Shown piece by piece: positions 29,085 to 38,889 of a stretch of DNA of 64,000 bases. This DNA comes from Rhodocyclaceae bacterium UBA1310 (GTDB lineage Bacteria > Pseudomonadota > Gammaproteobacteria > Burkholderiales > Rhodocyclaceae). The translations under genes were made by a program, and so were the position numbers. The stretch is from positions 8,200 to 72,199 of the forward strand of contig DBTS01000006.1 in NCBI GenBank assembly GCA_002307175.1. Direction: 5' to 3'. Within the stretch, counting starts at the first letter, position 1; each line of letters starts with the position of its first letter. The notes beneath the pieces are model-generated. The model saw nothing but the letters and a program-made list of their open reading frames with translations, did not search any database and was not told the DNA's origin.

Positions 29085-30380
29085 ATGGCTACCAAGACAC
29101 ATGCCGCCTATGGCGACAGTACCAATATGATCCAGCAGGCGGTGGGTTTGTTTGCCGCCCACATGCAACGCAACAGCACGATTGCGCGGCTGACCGGCAA
29201 GATGCCCAAGGGCACGGCAGGTGCCGAGGCGACGATCCGCAAGCAGAGTTCGGCAACGATGCCAATCGTGCGTTGCCAGGATCTGACCAAGCAGAAGGGC
29301 GATGAGGTGAGCTTCCACCTCGTCAATCCGGTGGGTGCCAAGCCCATCATGGGGAGCCGGCAGGCCGAGGGGCGCGGCACCGGGATCGGCATTTCGGAGG
29401 GGCGCCTGCGCGTGAATCAGGCCCGTTTCCCGATTGATCTGGGTGATGCAATGACCTCGATCCGCAATCCGGTGGATCTGCGCTCGCTGGGTCGCCCGAT
29501 TGCGCAATCGCTGATGGATCGTTACATCGACCAGTCGCTGTTCGTGCAGATGGCAGGCGCCCGTGGCTACCACAATAATATCGACTGGGTGGTGCCCACC
29601 GATGCGGATGTGGATTTTGACGAGATCCTGGTGAACGCCGTGAAGGCGCCGACACGCAACCGTCACTTCATCGCTGATGCCGGCAGCATTCGTCCGTTTG
29701 TGGATGCAGTGGGTAGTGGCGCGCTGGATGTGGCCACCACCGATCTTCTGAAGATGGACGTGGTCGATGCGCTGCGCACCACCCTGGAACAGGTGACACT
29801 GCCGCCGCCTGCCGTGATCTTCGAGGGCGACAAGGCCGCTTCTGATAGCCCTCTGCGTGTGCTGCTGGTGTCTCCGGCCCAGTACAACTCGTTTGCTACC
29901 GACACGAGCTTCCGTCAACTGCAGGCCTCGGCTATTGCACGCGCTTCTCAGGCCAACCAGCATCCCTTGTTCCTCGGTGAAGCCGGGCTGTGGAACGGCA
30001 TCCTGATCATCAAGATGCCCAAGCCGATCCGCTTCTATGCTGGCGACACGATCAAGTATTGCGCAGCATATGACAGTGATAGTGAATCCTCGGTGACGGT
30101 GCCGGAAGCCTTCGGTTCGAAGTACGCCATCGACCGCGCCATCCTGCTTGGCGGGCAGGCTGTGGCCGAAGCCCTGGCAGCCTCGGACAAGAGCGGCATC
30201 CCGTTCTTCTGGTCGGAAGTGCAGTTGGACCACAAGGACAAGGTGGAACTGCTGATCGGTACCATCCGTGGAACCAGCAAGATCCGCTTCGAAGTGGATA
30301 CGGGCGCCGGCAAGCAGTTCACGGATTACGGTGTCATGGCACTGGATACGGCAGTGCCCATCATCGGCGAGCGCCAGTAA
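29085..30380 (+). CDS. Major capsid protein, N4-gp56/DUF4043-like
   Basis: 431 aa; DLTKQKGDEVSF, AEGRG, NQARFP, HPLFLGEAGLWNGILI, DRAILLGGQA, DYGVMALDT. Confidence 0.88.
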   Translation: MATKTHAAYGDSTNMIQQAVGLFAAHMQRNSTIARLTGKMPKGTAGAEATIRKQSSATMPIVRCQDLTKQKGDEVSFHLVNPVGAKPIMGSRQAEGRGTGIGISEGRLRVNQARFPIDLGDAMTSIRNPVDLRSLGRPIAQSLMDRYIDQSLFVQMAGARGYHNNIDWVVPTDADVDFDEILVNAVKAPTRNRHFIADAGSIRPFVDAVGSGALDVATTDLLKMDVVDALRTTLEQVTLPPPAVIFEGDKAASDSPLRVLLVSPAQYNSFATDTSFRQLQASAIARASQANQHPLFLGEAGLWNGILIIKMPKPIRFYAGDTIKYCAAYDSDSESSVTVPEAFGSKYAIDRAILLGGQAVAEALAASDKSGIPFFWSEVQLDHKDKVELLIGTIRGTSKIRFEVDTGAGKQFTDYGVMALDTAVPIIGERQ

Positions 30381-30444
30381 GCCTGCAGGTGGGCTGGCCG
30401 ATAAGGGCTGGCCCATTCGTTGAACAGATTTCAAGGAGCCAATC

Positions 30445-30921
30445 ATGGCAACAGTAAGAATCAATGACTGGACGGCACGCCAATTCGGGCCGTCGCCCTG
30501 GGGCAATCATTCGGCCCTGACATTTTCTTTTGTGACGACCTCGGCCGGTGCGGTGGCCAATTCGGATTCGAATACTGCACTGGCGATCGGTGATGTGGTG
30601 GATCTGGGGGAACTGCCGGCAGGGTTGCGCCTGGACGACAGCCTGGTGGTGATCTCCGATGCTTTCACTGCAGGTACCACGGCGAAGCTGGGTTTCAAGT
30701 ATGCGGATGGCGTGGATGATGTGCGTGTGCCACAGGATGACGACTACTTTGGCATTTCGCTGGCGCTGGATGCCGCAGCCCGTCTGCGCAATGCCACCGC
30801 TAACAGGCCGGTGACGCTGGCAAAGCCTGCCCGCCTGATCCTCACCCTGGCGGGTGCTGTATTGGCAGAAGCAGGGCGTGCTGAGATCGTCATCACAGGT
30901 GAGCTGACCGGCGCGAAGTAA
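30445..30921 (+). CDS. Phage structural protein (capsid decoration/cement-like)
   Basis: Beta-rich 158 aa directly after the capsid gene; AAGGAG RBS. Confidence 0.7.
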   Translation: MATVRINDWTARQFGPSPWGNHSALTFSFVTTSAGAVANSDSNTALAIGDVVDLGELPAGLRLDDSLVVISDAFTAGTTAKLGFKYADGVDDVRVPQDDDYFGISLALDAAARLRNATANRPVTLAKPARLILTLAGAVLAEAGRAEIVITGELTGAK

Positions 30922-30979
30922 AAGCGGCGGGTCATCAGGGGAGGGGCCTCTGGCGCCTCCCCGCCAACAAGGAGTTGCC

Positions 30980-31381
30980 ATGAAGGCAGTCAGGTATACG
31001 GGTCGCCGGGAGCAGTTTGCAGATCGGCTTTATGGGACGAATCTGGTGTGGGAGCCAAACCAGGTGCGTACGCTGCCGCCGCACCTTGCAGACAAATTCC
31101 TGCGTCACCCGGATGTGTTCGAGCTTGCCAAAGGCTCCGTCACAAAGCGCGGTAATGACGACAGTGCGGAGATCCTGGAAATTACGCGGAAGGAAGACGC
31201 GCAGCGCGAGCAGGCCCAGCAGGCGATTCTGGCGATGTACCTGGAAGTACGGGCGATGGACAAGGAGGCGCTGGCGAGTTTTGCGCAGCGCAACTACGGC
31301 CAGCTTATTGACCGCCGCCACAGCGTTGAAGATCTGCGTCAGGAAGTTGTGCAGATGATTGACAGGTTTGGTGTGGTATGA
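30980..31381 (+). CDS. Phage hypothetical protein
   Basis: AAGGAG RBS; operon position. Confidence 0.75.
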   Translation: MKAVRYTGRREQFADRLYGTNLVWEPNQVRTLPPHLADKFLRHPDVFELAKGSVTKRGNDDSAEILEITRKEDAQREQAQQAILAMYLEVRAMDKEALASFAQRNYGQLIDRRHSVEDLRQEVVQMIDRFGVV

Positions 31382-32046
31382 CGCTCGAACAACTCATTGC
31401 CCAGTTTCGCGTTGATGCGCAGGATCGTGCCGAGCCGTATTTCTGGCCTGATGCCATGGTAGCGGGCTGGCTTAACGAAGCCCAGGCGGAGGCTGCGATT
31501 CGCGCGCGGCTGATCCATGAATCCGCTGCCAGGGATGTCTGCGAGATCGCGGTGAGTTCTGGCGCCAGTGTGTACGAGCTGAGTGCCTGCCTGTTCGAGA
31601 TCACGTATCAGGCCTTTCTTCCCAAGGATGGGGCGAAGCGGGTACCGCTGAAGAGCGTCAGCGTGGAATGGCTGGACTGCCACTTCCCGTGTTGGCGTGA
31701 GGAAACAGGCGTGCCGCGCTGGCTGATGCAGACAGACAACAGCATCCGTCTGGCACCCGAGCCGGATGTTGCCGGCATTCTGTATCTGGAAGGCTACCGG
31801 CTGCCGTTGGCTGGGCTGTCTGCCCGCACAGATGTGCCGGAAGTCAATGCGGCACATCACCGGCATCTGGTGGATTGGGCATTGCATCGGGCCTTCAGCA
31901 TTCCCGACAGTGAAAGCTTTGATGCGCAGCGGGCAGGGCAGGCGGAGGCGGCGTTCTCTGCTTACTTTGGGTCGGCACAGGATGCGGATCTGCGCCGCAG
32001 TACGCGGGCGGATAACCCGCTACAGAACGAGGCGCATTTTGTATAA
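31378..32046 (+). CDS. Phage head-tail adaptor-like protein (DUF6682-like)
   Basis: MTLEQLI..R..D..PYFW, WLNEAQ.EA, HHRHLVDWALHRAF pattern typical of podovirus adaptors. Confidence 0.75.
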   Translation: MTLEQLIAQFRVDAQDRAEPYFWPDAMVAGWLNEAQAEAAIRARLIHESAARDVCEIAVSSGASVYELSACLFEITYQAFLPKDGAKRVPLKSVSVEWLDCHFPCWREETGVPRWLMQTDNSIRLAPEPDVAGILYLEGYRLPLAGLSARTDVPEVNAAHHRHLVDWALHRAFSIPDSESFDAQRAGQAEAAFSAYFGSAQDADLRRSTRADNPLQNEAHFV

Positions 32047-32132
32047 ACGCAACTGACGAGCCACATTTTCGGAGTTGAGAAAAACAACCGGCAAATGTGC
32101 TGTAGCGCACCTATACGGAAAGGAATCAAATC

Positions 32133-32540
32133 ATGGCAAATACTCTCTACGATAACGCCCGCGAGCTGTTCGCGACGGCAAAGGTCAACTGGACCAGTGA
32201 CACGTTCAAGGTCTATCTGATTGATTCGGGCAACTACACGGTCAATACCTCTACTCACCTGTATCTGTCCGACGTTTCGACCTCGGCGCGTATTGCTGGC
32301 CCGGTGGCGCTGTCGAGCATGACGGCGACGGCTGGCGCCTGCGATGCAGCGGACATTACGTTTTCATCGGTGTCGGGCACCAGCATCGAGGCGATTCTGA
32401 TCTACAAGGATACGGGTACCGAATCGACCAGCCCGCTGATTGCCTACATTGATACCGCTACGGGCTTGCCGATCACGCCGAATGGGGGTGACATCATCGT
32501 CACCTGGGATTCGGGGACCAACAAGATTTTCCGGCTGTAA
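32133..32540 (+). CDS. Phage virion structural protein
   Basis: MANTLYD..F; PLIAYIDTATGLPITPNGGDIIVTW; AAGGA RBS. Confidence 0.8.
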   Translation: MANTLYDNARELFATAKVNWTSDTFKVYLIDSGNYTVNTSTHLYLSDVSTSARIAGPVALSSMTATAGACDAADITFSSVSGTSIEAILIYKDTGTESTSPLIAYIDTATGLPITPNGGDIIVTWDSGTNKIFRL

Positions 32541-32546
32541 GCGGCC

Positions 32547-32870
32547 ATGGCGGATAAACCTGCACCGCAGAGGCTGGGCGCCTCGGGCTTTCGGGCCTTT
32601 GGCGCAATGGGGGATGCTCTTAAAGAGGAGGAGTGGTCGCAGCAGGTCATTGACTGGGAGGCGCTGGCGAGGCTGCCGCCTTTCCAGTTGTTCATCTGGC
32701 AGCGCCAGCGCGGGCCGGAGGATGCGGACTGGCATCAGTGGGCACGCGAGCGCATGGTGGCCGAGGTGCAGCAGATGGGCGAACAGGCGTTCTTTGAGGC
32801 GTATTGCGAGTGGCACGCGGCAAGCGGGCAATGGCTGCGTGAAACGCCATTGGGGAAGCTGAAGGGGTAG
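32547..32870 (+). CDS. Phage hypothetical protein
   Basis: Operon-coupled ORF (WEALARLPPFQLF..YCEWH..G.W..ETPLG). Confidence 0.7.
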   Translation: MADKPAPQRLGASGFRAFGAMGDALKEEEWSQQVIDWEALARLPPFQLFIWQRQRGPEDADWHQWARERMVAEVQQMGEQAFFEAYCEWHAASGQWLRETPLGKLKG

Positions 32871-32876
32871 CAGGAT

Positions 32877-33662
32877 ATGGTCGATATTGTTACGCGCACA
32901 GCGAAGGGCTCTCCGCTGACACATGCGGAGCTGGATGGGAATTTCACGAACCTGAAGGCGGCGGTGGAGACTGCCGTGGCAGACCACTACGCGGCTGCCG
33001 TTCTAGCCGATGTTCCTCACGCGTATTGGCGCCTCAATGAGGCGTATGGCGCAACGACTCTCGCAGACTCATCTGGCAACGGGCGGGATGCGACCTCGGC
33101 AAGTACCTCTCAGCAGTACCCGGCTTTGGGGGCCGGCAGGATCGCGCGATACATGGGCAGTTCCGGGATGTTCAGCATGCCGGCAAGTGCTGCCGGGTTT
33201 GCGGACACCGGGCAATTCACGATTGAGGTGCTGGCGAGATTCGACGCAAGCGGGGCCACGTACTCACAGATTTTTGGTATTGGGATCGCTCAGAGCAGTG
33301 TCACCAGCGGGATCATGTTTATCTGGCGGAGTAATTCACCCTGCGCCCGCCTGTGGAGCGCAAGCGCGGCGATGGTGGAGCCGGTGGTCCCCTTCAGCCT
33401 GCCGCTCTACGAATGGCATCACCTGGCGCTGGTGTACGACGGGGCCAATCTCATGATCTATGTGAATGGGTCAGTGGCTGTGAGTGTGGCTGCTGCCAGC
33501 TATATGACTGCCGCTGTGCGCTCTGTTGGCGGCATGGGGAAGGACAACTGGGGTGATCCGTCGGCAACGGGGCATTTCAGTGATCTGGCGCTTTACAGTT
33601 CGGCACTGAGTGCCAGCCGCATTGCGTTGCATGCGCGGCTGGCTGCTGGCGCGTCTGCCTGA
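32877..33662 (+). CDS. LamG/ConA-like domain protein, putative receptor-binding protein 1
   Basis: N-terminal TR..KGSPLTHAELDGNF anchor; AYWRLNE, DSSGNG, WHHLALVYDG, YVNG. Confidence 0.85.
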   Translation: MVDIVTRTAKGSPLTHAELDGNFTNLKAAVETAVADHYAAAVLADVPHAYWRLNEAYGATTLADSSGNGRDATSASTSQQYPALGAGRIARYMGSSGMFSMPASAAGFADTGQFTIEVLARFDASGATYSQIFGIGIAQSSVTSGIMFIWRSNSPCARLWSASAAMVEPVVPFSLPLYEWHHLALVYDGANLMIYVNGSVAVSVAAASYMTAAVRSVGGMGKDNWGDPSATGHFSDLALYSSALSASRIALHARLAAGASA

Positions 33663-33671
33663 GAGGAACTT

Positions 33672-34466
33672 ATGGTCAGCATCATTACTCGGGCAGGCAA
33701 AGGTACTCCACTCACGCACGATGAGATGGATACGAACCTGAACAACATCAAAACGGCATTTGAGGCTGATCGTTATGCCGCTGCTGTGTTGGCCGATCAG
33801 CCTGTTGCATATTGGCGATTCAATGAGGAATATGGAACTACGAAAATTCCCGATGCCAGCGGCAATGGGAACTATCTGACTTTAAGTGGCAGCATGATGC
33901 CAATGCGCGGCGGGCTTTCGGCGAGTGGCGACAGAGGCATGTCAAATAATGGTACGGGTATATCTGGCACTCCAGCGGCTACGCTGTGGTCGGTATTTCC
34001 CGTGGGCAATAATGTCACGATGGAAGGCATGGCGAAGTTGTTCTCAACAACCTCCTACTTCCCGTTGTTCGAATTCTCCTCGGTATCGAGTTCAGGTCTA
34101 GATCGTATTGGCATCCGCATCTGCGACAACGGTAAGTACGCGCCATCGCTTGCTTTTTTCTCCAGCGCAGGCGCCGGGGCATACGTGCAGGCGCCTGTCA
34201 GTTTGAATCTTTACGATTGGGTACATGTTGCAGCTACCTACAATGGCAGTACAGCCATTCTTTACATCAACGGCACGCCGGTCGCTCAGGTTGCGACTGC
34301 TGTTACATTATCGACAACAGCAAGATCCTACGGTGGCGTGCTGAAAGACCCATATTCTGATAGCGTGGGGACAGCCATCATTGATGAAATTGCGTTCTAC
34401 AACACCTGCCTGTCCGCTGACCGTATTGCGCTGCACGCCAGGCTGGCTGCCGGCGCATTTGCCTGA
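33672..34466 (+). CDS. LamG/ConA-like domain protein, putative receptor-binding protein 2
   Basis: TR..KGTPLTHDEMDTNL; AYWRFNE, DASGNG, WVHVAATYNG, IDEIAFY. Confidence 0.85.
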   Translation: MVSIITRAGKGTPLTHDEMDTNLNNIKTAFEADRYAAAVLADQPVAYWRFNEEYGTTKIPDASGNGNYLTLSGSMMPMRGGLSASGDRGMSNNGTGISGTPAATLWSVFPVGNNVTMEGMAKLFSTTSYFPLFEFSSVSSSGLDRIGIRICDNGKYAPSLAFFSSAGAGAYVQAPVSLNLYDWVHVAATYNGSTAILYINGTPVAQVATAVTLSTTARSYGGVLKDPYSDSVGTAIIDEIAFYNTCLSADRIALHARLAAGAFA

Positions 34467-34480
34467 ATGGCGGGCACGCC

Positions 34481-37294
34481 ATGACTGACGCCGCCAACTA
34501 TTTCGAGGACTATTACCTTGAAATGGGCTATTTCGATGTGGACGTGGAAGTCTATGTCGCTTATGGCTACAACGACTCCGGCTATGTTAACGGCGATGGA
34601 AACTCCGCGCTTGATCAGTATGCCTCGACACACGGCATTGCGGCGCCGGATCTGTCGACGACAGTAGTTATTCGTTTGGCGCAGCAGGCTGCCAGGCCAT
34701 CCGGAATTTTTGATGCAGCAGCCGGAAACCCTGCTGTCTGGAACTGGCTGACTCGCGCCAGGCCTGCAGGCAGAGACACATCGGCGTTTGGCAATCCGTT
34801 CGCATGGCGCTGGCGGCAGGATGTGGGCGGTGGGGCGATCAACACGGCGGCTTATGGCAAGCCGACGCTGGTGTTGATGCGGCAGTATCAGGCACTGGCG
34901 GGGTTCTCTGCGCTGAAGCTGGGGACGCCGGACATTGAGCTGCGGACGCGCTATCTGCAGCCGGGTGGGCTGAGTCTGCTGTCTGTTGGTAGTGGCACGA
35001 CGGCGACACTGGAGATCCGCAATCTGTACCCCTCGGGGGTGAGTCTGCTGGCGGCAGGGGTGCCGTGGGTGTCGGATTCGCCACGCTATGTGGAGGTGGG
35101 GGAGGGGTTCAAGACTTCGGCGTTTGGCACGCCCTTGATGGGCTACGGGCAGACGGCGATTCCGTTTGGCTGGGATGGGCTGCGGTTTGGCACGCGCATC
35201 ATTCCGGAGGTGCAGTATTGCTATCCGCGCGGGATTGCGGGGGCGTTTGGGGCGGCGCAGGTCTGGTCGCGCACGCAGTCGGTGAGCCCTGCGGGATTTT
35301 TGCCGGATGTGCGGGAGGAATATCGCTGGGGGGCGTCTAAGGTCTGGAACTGGGCACGCTTCATCACGCAGTATGCGCAGACGGATGATTCGACGGCGCT
35401 GAATCCGCCTGCGATGTCGAAGTATGTGACGGTGGAGAACCGCAACCGGACGATTGCGACCTTTGCGACAGATCCGCATCCGCTGCCTTCGCCGGCCATT
35501 GTGAATAATGGGCGCCCGGCGCTGCCTGCGGGTATTGCGGCACCGGCCATCACGGTGAAGATGGTAAGCCATCGGGTACGGACGTATCGCCTGGATGGAA
35601 TCGATTCGATCCGTTTTGAAAAGACCCATGCTATCTATAACGCGGCGCGGGTGCTGGCGCCCTCTGGTTTTGCTTCGGCGGCGTATGGCAAGGTGGCAAG
35701 CGTGGTGAACACGCGGCGCAGCTTCACGATTTATAGCAATCTGAATGCGCTGGTGATGGGTAAGCCGATGGTGGCCTACCGGGTGCGCACGGTGAAGATT
35801 CCGACAGTGGAAAGTATCGCGGCGCCGGCGCTGACGGGGCCGGAGGTGAAGCTGTGGCGGCGCTATGTGGCGCCGGGTGGTTTTACGCGGCTGGCCTGGG
35901 AGGCGCCGTCTTTGCGGATTCACTGGACGATTTTTTATCCGGATGGGATCAGGGCGGTGGTGCATGGGTCGCCCACAGTGAAGAACAAGACGCCGCAGTT
36001 GTATGCCTATGGGCATGATTCCAGAATCTTTGGCACGCCTGCAGTGCGCACGCAGTGGCGGCGCTACACGCTGAGCGGGATTTCATCGCTGATCTTTGGC
36101 AATACGGTGATCAAGGACAGGCGCCAGTGGATCTATCCTTCTGGCGTGAATAAGCTGCTGTTGGGCACGAAGCTGCGCGCGGAGAAGACGAGGGAAGATC
36201 CGCCTGCCGCGCAGAAGGTTTTTGCGGGCGGGCTGGAGGCGCTGAAGTTCGATGGCAAGGTGGCGCTGAATCAGCAGGTGGTGTATGCGGCGGGGTTCTC
36301 TGTGCTGGCAGTAGGGAACCCGGAGGCGCAGGGGAACGGCGTGCGCATGGATTCGGGGGTGGGTTCGTTTACGTATGGCACGCCAACAGTCTCTTTGTGG
36401 ATTCGTACGCTGACGGCAAGCACGGTGGGGCAGTCGCCGGAGTTTGATACGACGAGCTTCCCGCGCATGTCGCCCTGGACGATCTGGGCGCCAAACGGGG
36501 CGCCGGTTGAGGCTTTGAAATGGGGTAAGGCCGGGGGCTACATTAATGTCGGCGGGGATTCGGGGAGTCCCGGTATCAAGCCGGGTTCGCCAACCGTGAC
36601 GAATCGCCACCGTTTCCTCGCCGCCAGTTCGCTGGGAACGCTGACAGCGGGAACGCCGACGCTGATGTTGCGCCGGCAGTACATCAAGCCATCAGGCTAT
36701 GCGCCTTCACGCCATGGCTATCAGACGCTGGGGCCGTTCCCGCAGACGGCGGAGCAGCTGGGCGATGATGTGGAGACGCCAGACACCACGTATGGGGCGC
36801 CAACGGTGACGATCCACTACACAGGGCCGCAGACGGTTGCGGGGCAGGGCTTGGACCTTGCCAAAATGGGGGCGCTGGACATCGAGAACTTCAACCGGCG
36901 TGTCTATTCGACTGGCTGGAACAGTGCGGGCCTAGGTGCGAGCGACAAGGAAACGGCAGGGGGTTATACCTGGCAGACGCTGCATGTGGGGCCACCCATG
37001 CCGACGATTCCAGCGGGCTGGGATTCGCAGCGCTTTGGGACGGGGTGGGTTTCGCTGAAGATTCGCGACGTGCGGGCGACTGGCTTTGATGCTTTTACCT
37101 GCGACTACACCCTGGATGCATTCGACAGTCGCCTGAAGGTAAAACAGGCCGCGAAGGTGATTGCTTCGCAGACAGTGAAAACAAACGGATTGACGACGCT
37201 GGCCGTTGCCACGTCAGACATCAAACTCAAGACGCAATACATCCGCCCGGATGGCAATGCCGAAACATATCGCAAAGGGGCACCCCTATCATGA
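34481..37294 (+). CDS. Large phage tail/virion protein with (F/Y)GxPxV repeats
   Basis: 937 aa; recurrent FGTP/YGKP/GTPT beta-repeat motifs; Tyr/acidic N-terminus. Confidence 0.75.
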   Translation: MTDAANYFEDYYLEMGYFDVDVEVYVAYGYNDSGYVNGDGNSALDQYASTHGIAAPDLSTTVVIRLAQQAARPSGIFDAAAGNPAVWNWLTRARPAGRDTSAFGNPFAWRWRQDVGGGAINTAAYGKPTLVLMRQYQALAGFSALKLGTPDIELRTRYLQPGGLSLLSVGSGTTATLEIRNLYPSGVSLLAAGVPWVSDSPRYVEVGEGFKTSAFGTPLMGYGQTAIPFGWDGLRFGTRIIPEVQYCYPRGIAGAFGAAQVWSRTQSVSPAGFLPDVREEYRWGASKVWNWARFITQYAQTDDSTALNPPAMSKYVTVENRNRTIATFATDPHPLPSPAIVNNGRPALPAGIAAPAITVKMVSHRVRTYRLDGIDSIRFEKTHAIYNAARVLAPSGFASAAYGKVASVVNTRRSFTIYSNLNALVMGKPMVAYRVRTVKIPTVESIAAPALTGPEVKLWRRYVAPGGFTRLAWEAPSLRIHWTIFYPDGIRAVVHGSPTVKNKTPQLYAYGHDSRIFGTPAVRTQWRRYTLSGISSLIFGNTVIKDRRQWIYPSGVNKLLLGTKLRAEKTREDPPAAQKVFAGGLEALKFDGKVALNQQVVYAAGFSVLAVGNPEAQGNGVRMDSGVGSFTYGTPTVSLWIRTLTASTVGQSPEFDTTSFPRMSPWTIWAPNGAPVEALKWGKAGGYINVGGDSGSPGIKPGSPTVTNRHRFLAASSLGTLTAGTPTLMLRRQYIKPSGYAPSRHGYQTLGPFPQTAEQLGDDVETPDTTYGAPTVTIHYTGPQTVAGQGLDLAKMGALDIENFNRRVYSTGWNSAGLGASDKETAGGYTWQTLHVGPPMPTIPAGWDSQRFGTGWVSLKIRDVRATGFDAFTCDYTLDAFDSRLKVKQAAKVIASQTVKTNGLTTLAVATSDIKLKTQYIRPDGNAETYRKGAPLS

Positions 37295-38478
37295 CAGACA
37301 TCCAGATTGGCCCGCTTGCGGGCATTGATACCGAAGACGATGACGCCGCCCTGCAGATCGGTGGCGACGCCCCACGCCTCTACGTGCGTGATGCCGTCAA
37401 TCTCGACATCTCCGACGATGGCCGTGCGCGCCTGCGCCCTGGTCTGCGCAAGCTCTCCTCTGCACAGCTGGGGAACCTCTGGTGCAGCCCGGCGACGGAC
37501 ACCGTGTTTGCCACACAGGGCAGGGCGTGGGTCCGCATCAATCCGCAGGATTGGAGCCTCACCCCGCTGGCCACGTTGGGCGATGATCCGGTGAGCCACA
37601 TCGATCTGAATGGCGAAGTGCTGGCCGCCGGCCCGGAAGGCCTCTTTGCGTACGATGGGCAGACAGCCCGGCGCTTCACCATCGAAACTCCCTCGGCACC
37701 AATGCTCGAAGCCACTACCGATGGCAGCCTGGAGGCGGGCACCTATGGCGTGGCCGTGGCCTGGTTGCGAGGGGAAACGGAATCCGCTGTCTCCGAAGCC
37801 GCGTTCATCACACTGGGCGAGACGGGTGGCATCTCGATCACCTTTCCGTACAGTTTCGATGCCAGCGTCACGCAGGTGCGCACCTACTTCACGCGGCAGA
37901 ATGGCGGCGAACTTGCACGCGGCGAAGACTATCCCATCAGCACTCTGCAGGTGAGCGTGCCGCAGTTGCCTGCCGCAGGCGCTGCCGCCCAGTTCCGCCA
38001 CCTCGAACCGATGCCGACCGGGCGCTATCTGGCCTACTGGCGCGGGCGGCTCCTCACCGTCACGCGCAACATCCTGAACTTCTCCGAAGCCCTGGCCTAT
38101 CACCTGCATGATGCCCGCCACGGCTTTATCCAGATGCCCCAGCGCATCACCTTTGTCGCTCCGGTAGATGGCGGCATCTGGGTGGGGCAGGTCGATCACG
38201 TCATCTTTCTGGCCGGCAATTCGCCTGATGTGTTTGAACAGCAGTCACGCAAGGCCCGGCCACCGGTGCCCGGCAGTGCCATCCTGATTGATGCGCAAAT
38301 CGCAGGCGCTGATGCTTCGCAAGGCGGGCAGGCCACGGCGCTGTGGCTAGCAGAGAATGGGTTTGTGATGGGCACGGCAGTGGGAACGCTGGTGGAAACG
38401 AGCGGCCGGCGCCTGGCTGACATCACTGGCGCGGCTGGGAAAAATGTAGTGTTTGGGGGGAGGGTGGTGTGCGCCTGA
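37291..38478 (+). CDS. Phage tail protein (nozzle/stabilisation-like)
   Basis: GIDT..D, VRDAVNLDI..GR..LRPG, beta-propeller-like segments; ATGA overlap with the previous gene. Confidence 0.7.
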   Translation: MTDIQIGPLAGIDTEDDDAALQIGGDAPRLYVRDAVNLDISDDGRARLRPGLRKLSSAQLGNLWCSPATDTVFATQGRAWVRINPQDWSLTPLATLGDDPVSHIDLNGEVLAAGPEGLFAYDGQTARRFTIETPSAPMLEATTDGSLEAGTYGVAVAWLRGETESAVSEAAFITLGETGGISITFPYSFDASVTQVRTYFTRQNGGELARGEDYPISTLQVSVPQLPAAGAAAQFRHLEPMPTGRYLAYWRGRLLTVTRNILNFSEALAYHLHDARHGFIQMPQRITFVAPVDGGIWVGQVDHVIFLAGNSPDVFEQQSRKARPPVPGSAILIDAQIAGADASQGGQATALWLAENGFVMGTAVGTLVETSGRRLADITGAAGKNVVFGGRVVCA

Positions 38479-38512
38479 CTGCTGTCCCACGCCGTGGGGC
38501 ATTGTGGTGGAT

Positions 38513-38596
38513 TGCGCCCTCTGGGCGGAAGCTTGGCCGGCGTAATTACGCTTCGCACCATTGCTCCCGCTAACGCGGCGCCCTTGCCAACCGGTT
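38513..38596 (-). repeat. Degenerate REP-like element at the phage/glycan junction
   Basis: TGCGCCCTCTGGGCGGAAGCTTGGCCGGCGTAATT... homologous to 54091 and 62688. Confidence 0.65.
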
Positions 38597-38889
38597 GATA
38601 CGCTAATGCAGCAGGGTTGGTTTGTGCAGCTACCCATCATTCCGAACGTGGAATTGGTGCGGTATAGGTAGAGCGTTGGTGGATTGTTGCTCCGCTCCAG
38701 ACCCACGAAAGACGTTAGTACATGCACAAAGCGTTGAGAAAGCCGAAGGCGTTTCCCAGCGCTTGTTACTGAGCAGCGAACTACATCACAGATACGCCCC
38801 GATTGTCGCAGGGAGCAGCACAGCCGAAACAATGGGGCGTAGAGCATTTGCGCCAATCAAGCCAATTGAACCCCAATCCCGCAGCTAGA

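Noticed and set aside
28053-30506. 817-aa minus-strand ORF and similar long antisense ORFs (18505..20592, 21597..23039, 34397..36016, 9974..11209, 653..1252)
   Set aside because: Shadow ORFs opposite better-supported genes in high-GC DNA; no motifs.
32877-34466. Diversity-generating retroelement TR/VR pair
   Set aside because: No reverse transcriptase, and differences between the paralogues are not adenine-specific.
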